Virus record (IMG/VR): IMGVR_UViG_3300012979_000003
Span: 1 to 64,000 of that record
Strand: one strand, 5' to 3'
Source: a virus
Lineage: Duplodnaviria > Caudoviricetes
Length of the DNA stretch: 64,000 bases
The notes beneath the pieces are model-generated. The model searched no databases, was not told the origin of the DNA, and saw nothing but the letters and a program-made list of their open reading frames with translations. Position 1 is the stretch's first letter, and each line of letters begins with the position of its first letter. This document shows positions 62,401-64,000 of this stretch, one piece after another. The position numbers and the translations under genes are program-made.

Positions 62401-64000
62401 ATGAGTGGTGATTATACAATAGAAGAATTACTCAACGAGCTTATTTTTATGGGCAAGGACGCGGTGTTAAATCGTCCAACGCAACACAATTATGACCATT
62501 TGCTTTATATTGAAAACGGAGTAGTTCACTACGGCAATTCTGTTGATGAATCCGGATTTATACTAGACAACACACCTGAGTCAAGAGAACACTTTGCCAA
62601 ATGGTTGACACAATATAAAACATTTAGAATAGATCGCGAAAAATTATAGAAACCTGGTTATAGATACAAGAAGGCAGTATCTATTTCTGATGGTACCAAT
62701 GTTGTATATAGTCACGAAGCTGACCAATTGTACACAACCCATGTAATTGAAGCTGGTCTACTCACAACATCGTTGAATCCAAACAAGGGCGAACGAATAT
62801 TCCAGAATATGAGTACATATTCTAACTATGTTCGTACTGCAAGATATCAGTCTTCTGCAAACGCTTCAAATAAAAAATCAGCTGTTAGTAGAGAGGAGTC
62901 TGCTAAGAAAAAGACTACAAAATCTACAGCACAGTATGAGCCAGGAAATTGGCCATCTGCAAAAGGTGTTGATAACGTTTCTGACGAACAATTGGCTGCA
63001 TATCGGAAGCAGATCATTGATCAAATTAATGAATTTTTAAGTCCATATATTGTAAACGAGGAGTGGGATGACGCACCCGATAAGGCTAGAGTTCACGCTA
63101 AAGTTGCAAAAAAGAAACAGCAACATGGCACAATTAGCATAAATGAAAGCAACAAGATAGTTAAGATATCAGACGGTCTTCTCAAATACATAGTTGATGA
63201 AATAATTAACAACAACCAAAAAGTTACGCTAAACTTTGGTCAACTTGTTAAAGAAGGGCTTGTTCCTAAAAAAACACAGCTTGATATAAAGATAACTCGT
63301 ATAAACACTACGCAAGATGAATCTCAAACAGCCTCTACATAGCAGCAAGCGGCAACAACTACGGCAACTACTGCTCCACAACAGCAAATGCCTAGTGTTA
63401 ATGCTCCAACATCTTACGCAGTTGGCCAACCTGTAATTGTACCGCAAGATACAGAATTGCACTTGACGTTGCCAAATGATCTTGGGGTTGTGGTACTGCC
63501 TGCAGGAACAGACGTTGTGGAATACATAAATAATTACGATCAGTCAAAAATCGACAAGATTCGTAAAAAAATGTTTATCTCACAGCTCATTAAAAAGCTG
63601 AATGACGGTGTAGTTAAGTTCACACAAACATCAACCCAGCCTGCAACACCAACCGCACAAACTGTTGCTAATACACAAAACGCCACTGAGGACAACAATA
63701 CTAATGCCACAGGTTTACTAATGGGGTCATTTTAGACACCTGCTGCAAAACCAGCAGAACAGCAAAATAAACCAGCAGCTGCTAAATTTGAAGATGCTAC
63801 AATCTCCTCAGATGCCGTAACCGCTGCGATTACTTGGATTAATTAGAATGGTAATACGAATGCGAAAGCCAACGCAAATGCAACGGATGAAGAAAAAAGA
63901 AAAGTTGCTGCTATAAAAGGTGCTACAGACGCACATTCACGATTGAAGGAAGCTTTGTAGAACAACGACGTGGTTGAATTCGTAAAACAGGCAAAAGTTA
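56425..64000 (+). CDS. Giant virion cargo protein (>2500 aa, truncated by the window end), possibly part of the virion RNA polymerase/ejection locus
   Basis: ATG 56425. All large track fragments from 57031 to 63388 share one frame and are separated by TAGs. Has a glycine-zipper TM region and IEGSEEGTQG. No catalytic DxDxD motif was seen within the window. Confidence 0.7.

Noticed and set aside
15480-64000. Fragmented ORFs interpreted as pseudogenes or sequencing errors
   Set aside because: Breaks are TAG only, the fragments stay in frame, and a CUA tRNA is present.
1-64000. Phage release factor or aminoacyl-tRNA synthetase supporting the recoding
   Set aside because: No GGQ/SPF release-factor or synthetase motifs were recognised in this window. 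They may lie elsewhere in the genome.

Overview
A 64 kb segment of a crAss-like phage (Crassvirales). The gene order and MCP sequence resemble my recollection of the delta/Suoliviridae group, which I could not verify here. The left arm (1-8.5 kb, minus strand) holds small uncharacterised early-type genes separated by unusually long, structured non-coding stretches, including a partial group I intron, a tRNA-like element and candidate new ncRNAs. After a divergent strand switch at ~8.5-8.7 kb, the plus strand carries a nucleotide-metabolism block (thyX, DUF5664, dUTPase), two tRNAs, terL, portal, scaffold, major capsid protein, ring/tail proteins, a receptor-binding cassette, lysis genes, tail tube/muzzle and large virion cargo proteins. 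The plus-strand genes use TAG as a sense codon (Gln, code 15) and the phage encodes an amber-suppressor tRNA (CUA). The supplied ORF track is therefore fragmented, and I re-joined the genes by hand across in-frame TAGs. Three GIY-YIG homing endonucleases each use a different insertion strategy. One hijacks the terL start and duplicates its N-terminus, one sits behind an apparently recoded MCP 3' end, and one is looped out of a small structured RNA. All product calls come from motif recognition, not database searches.
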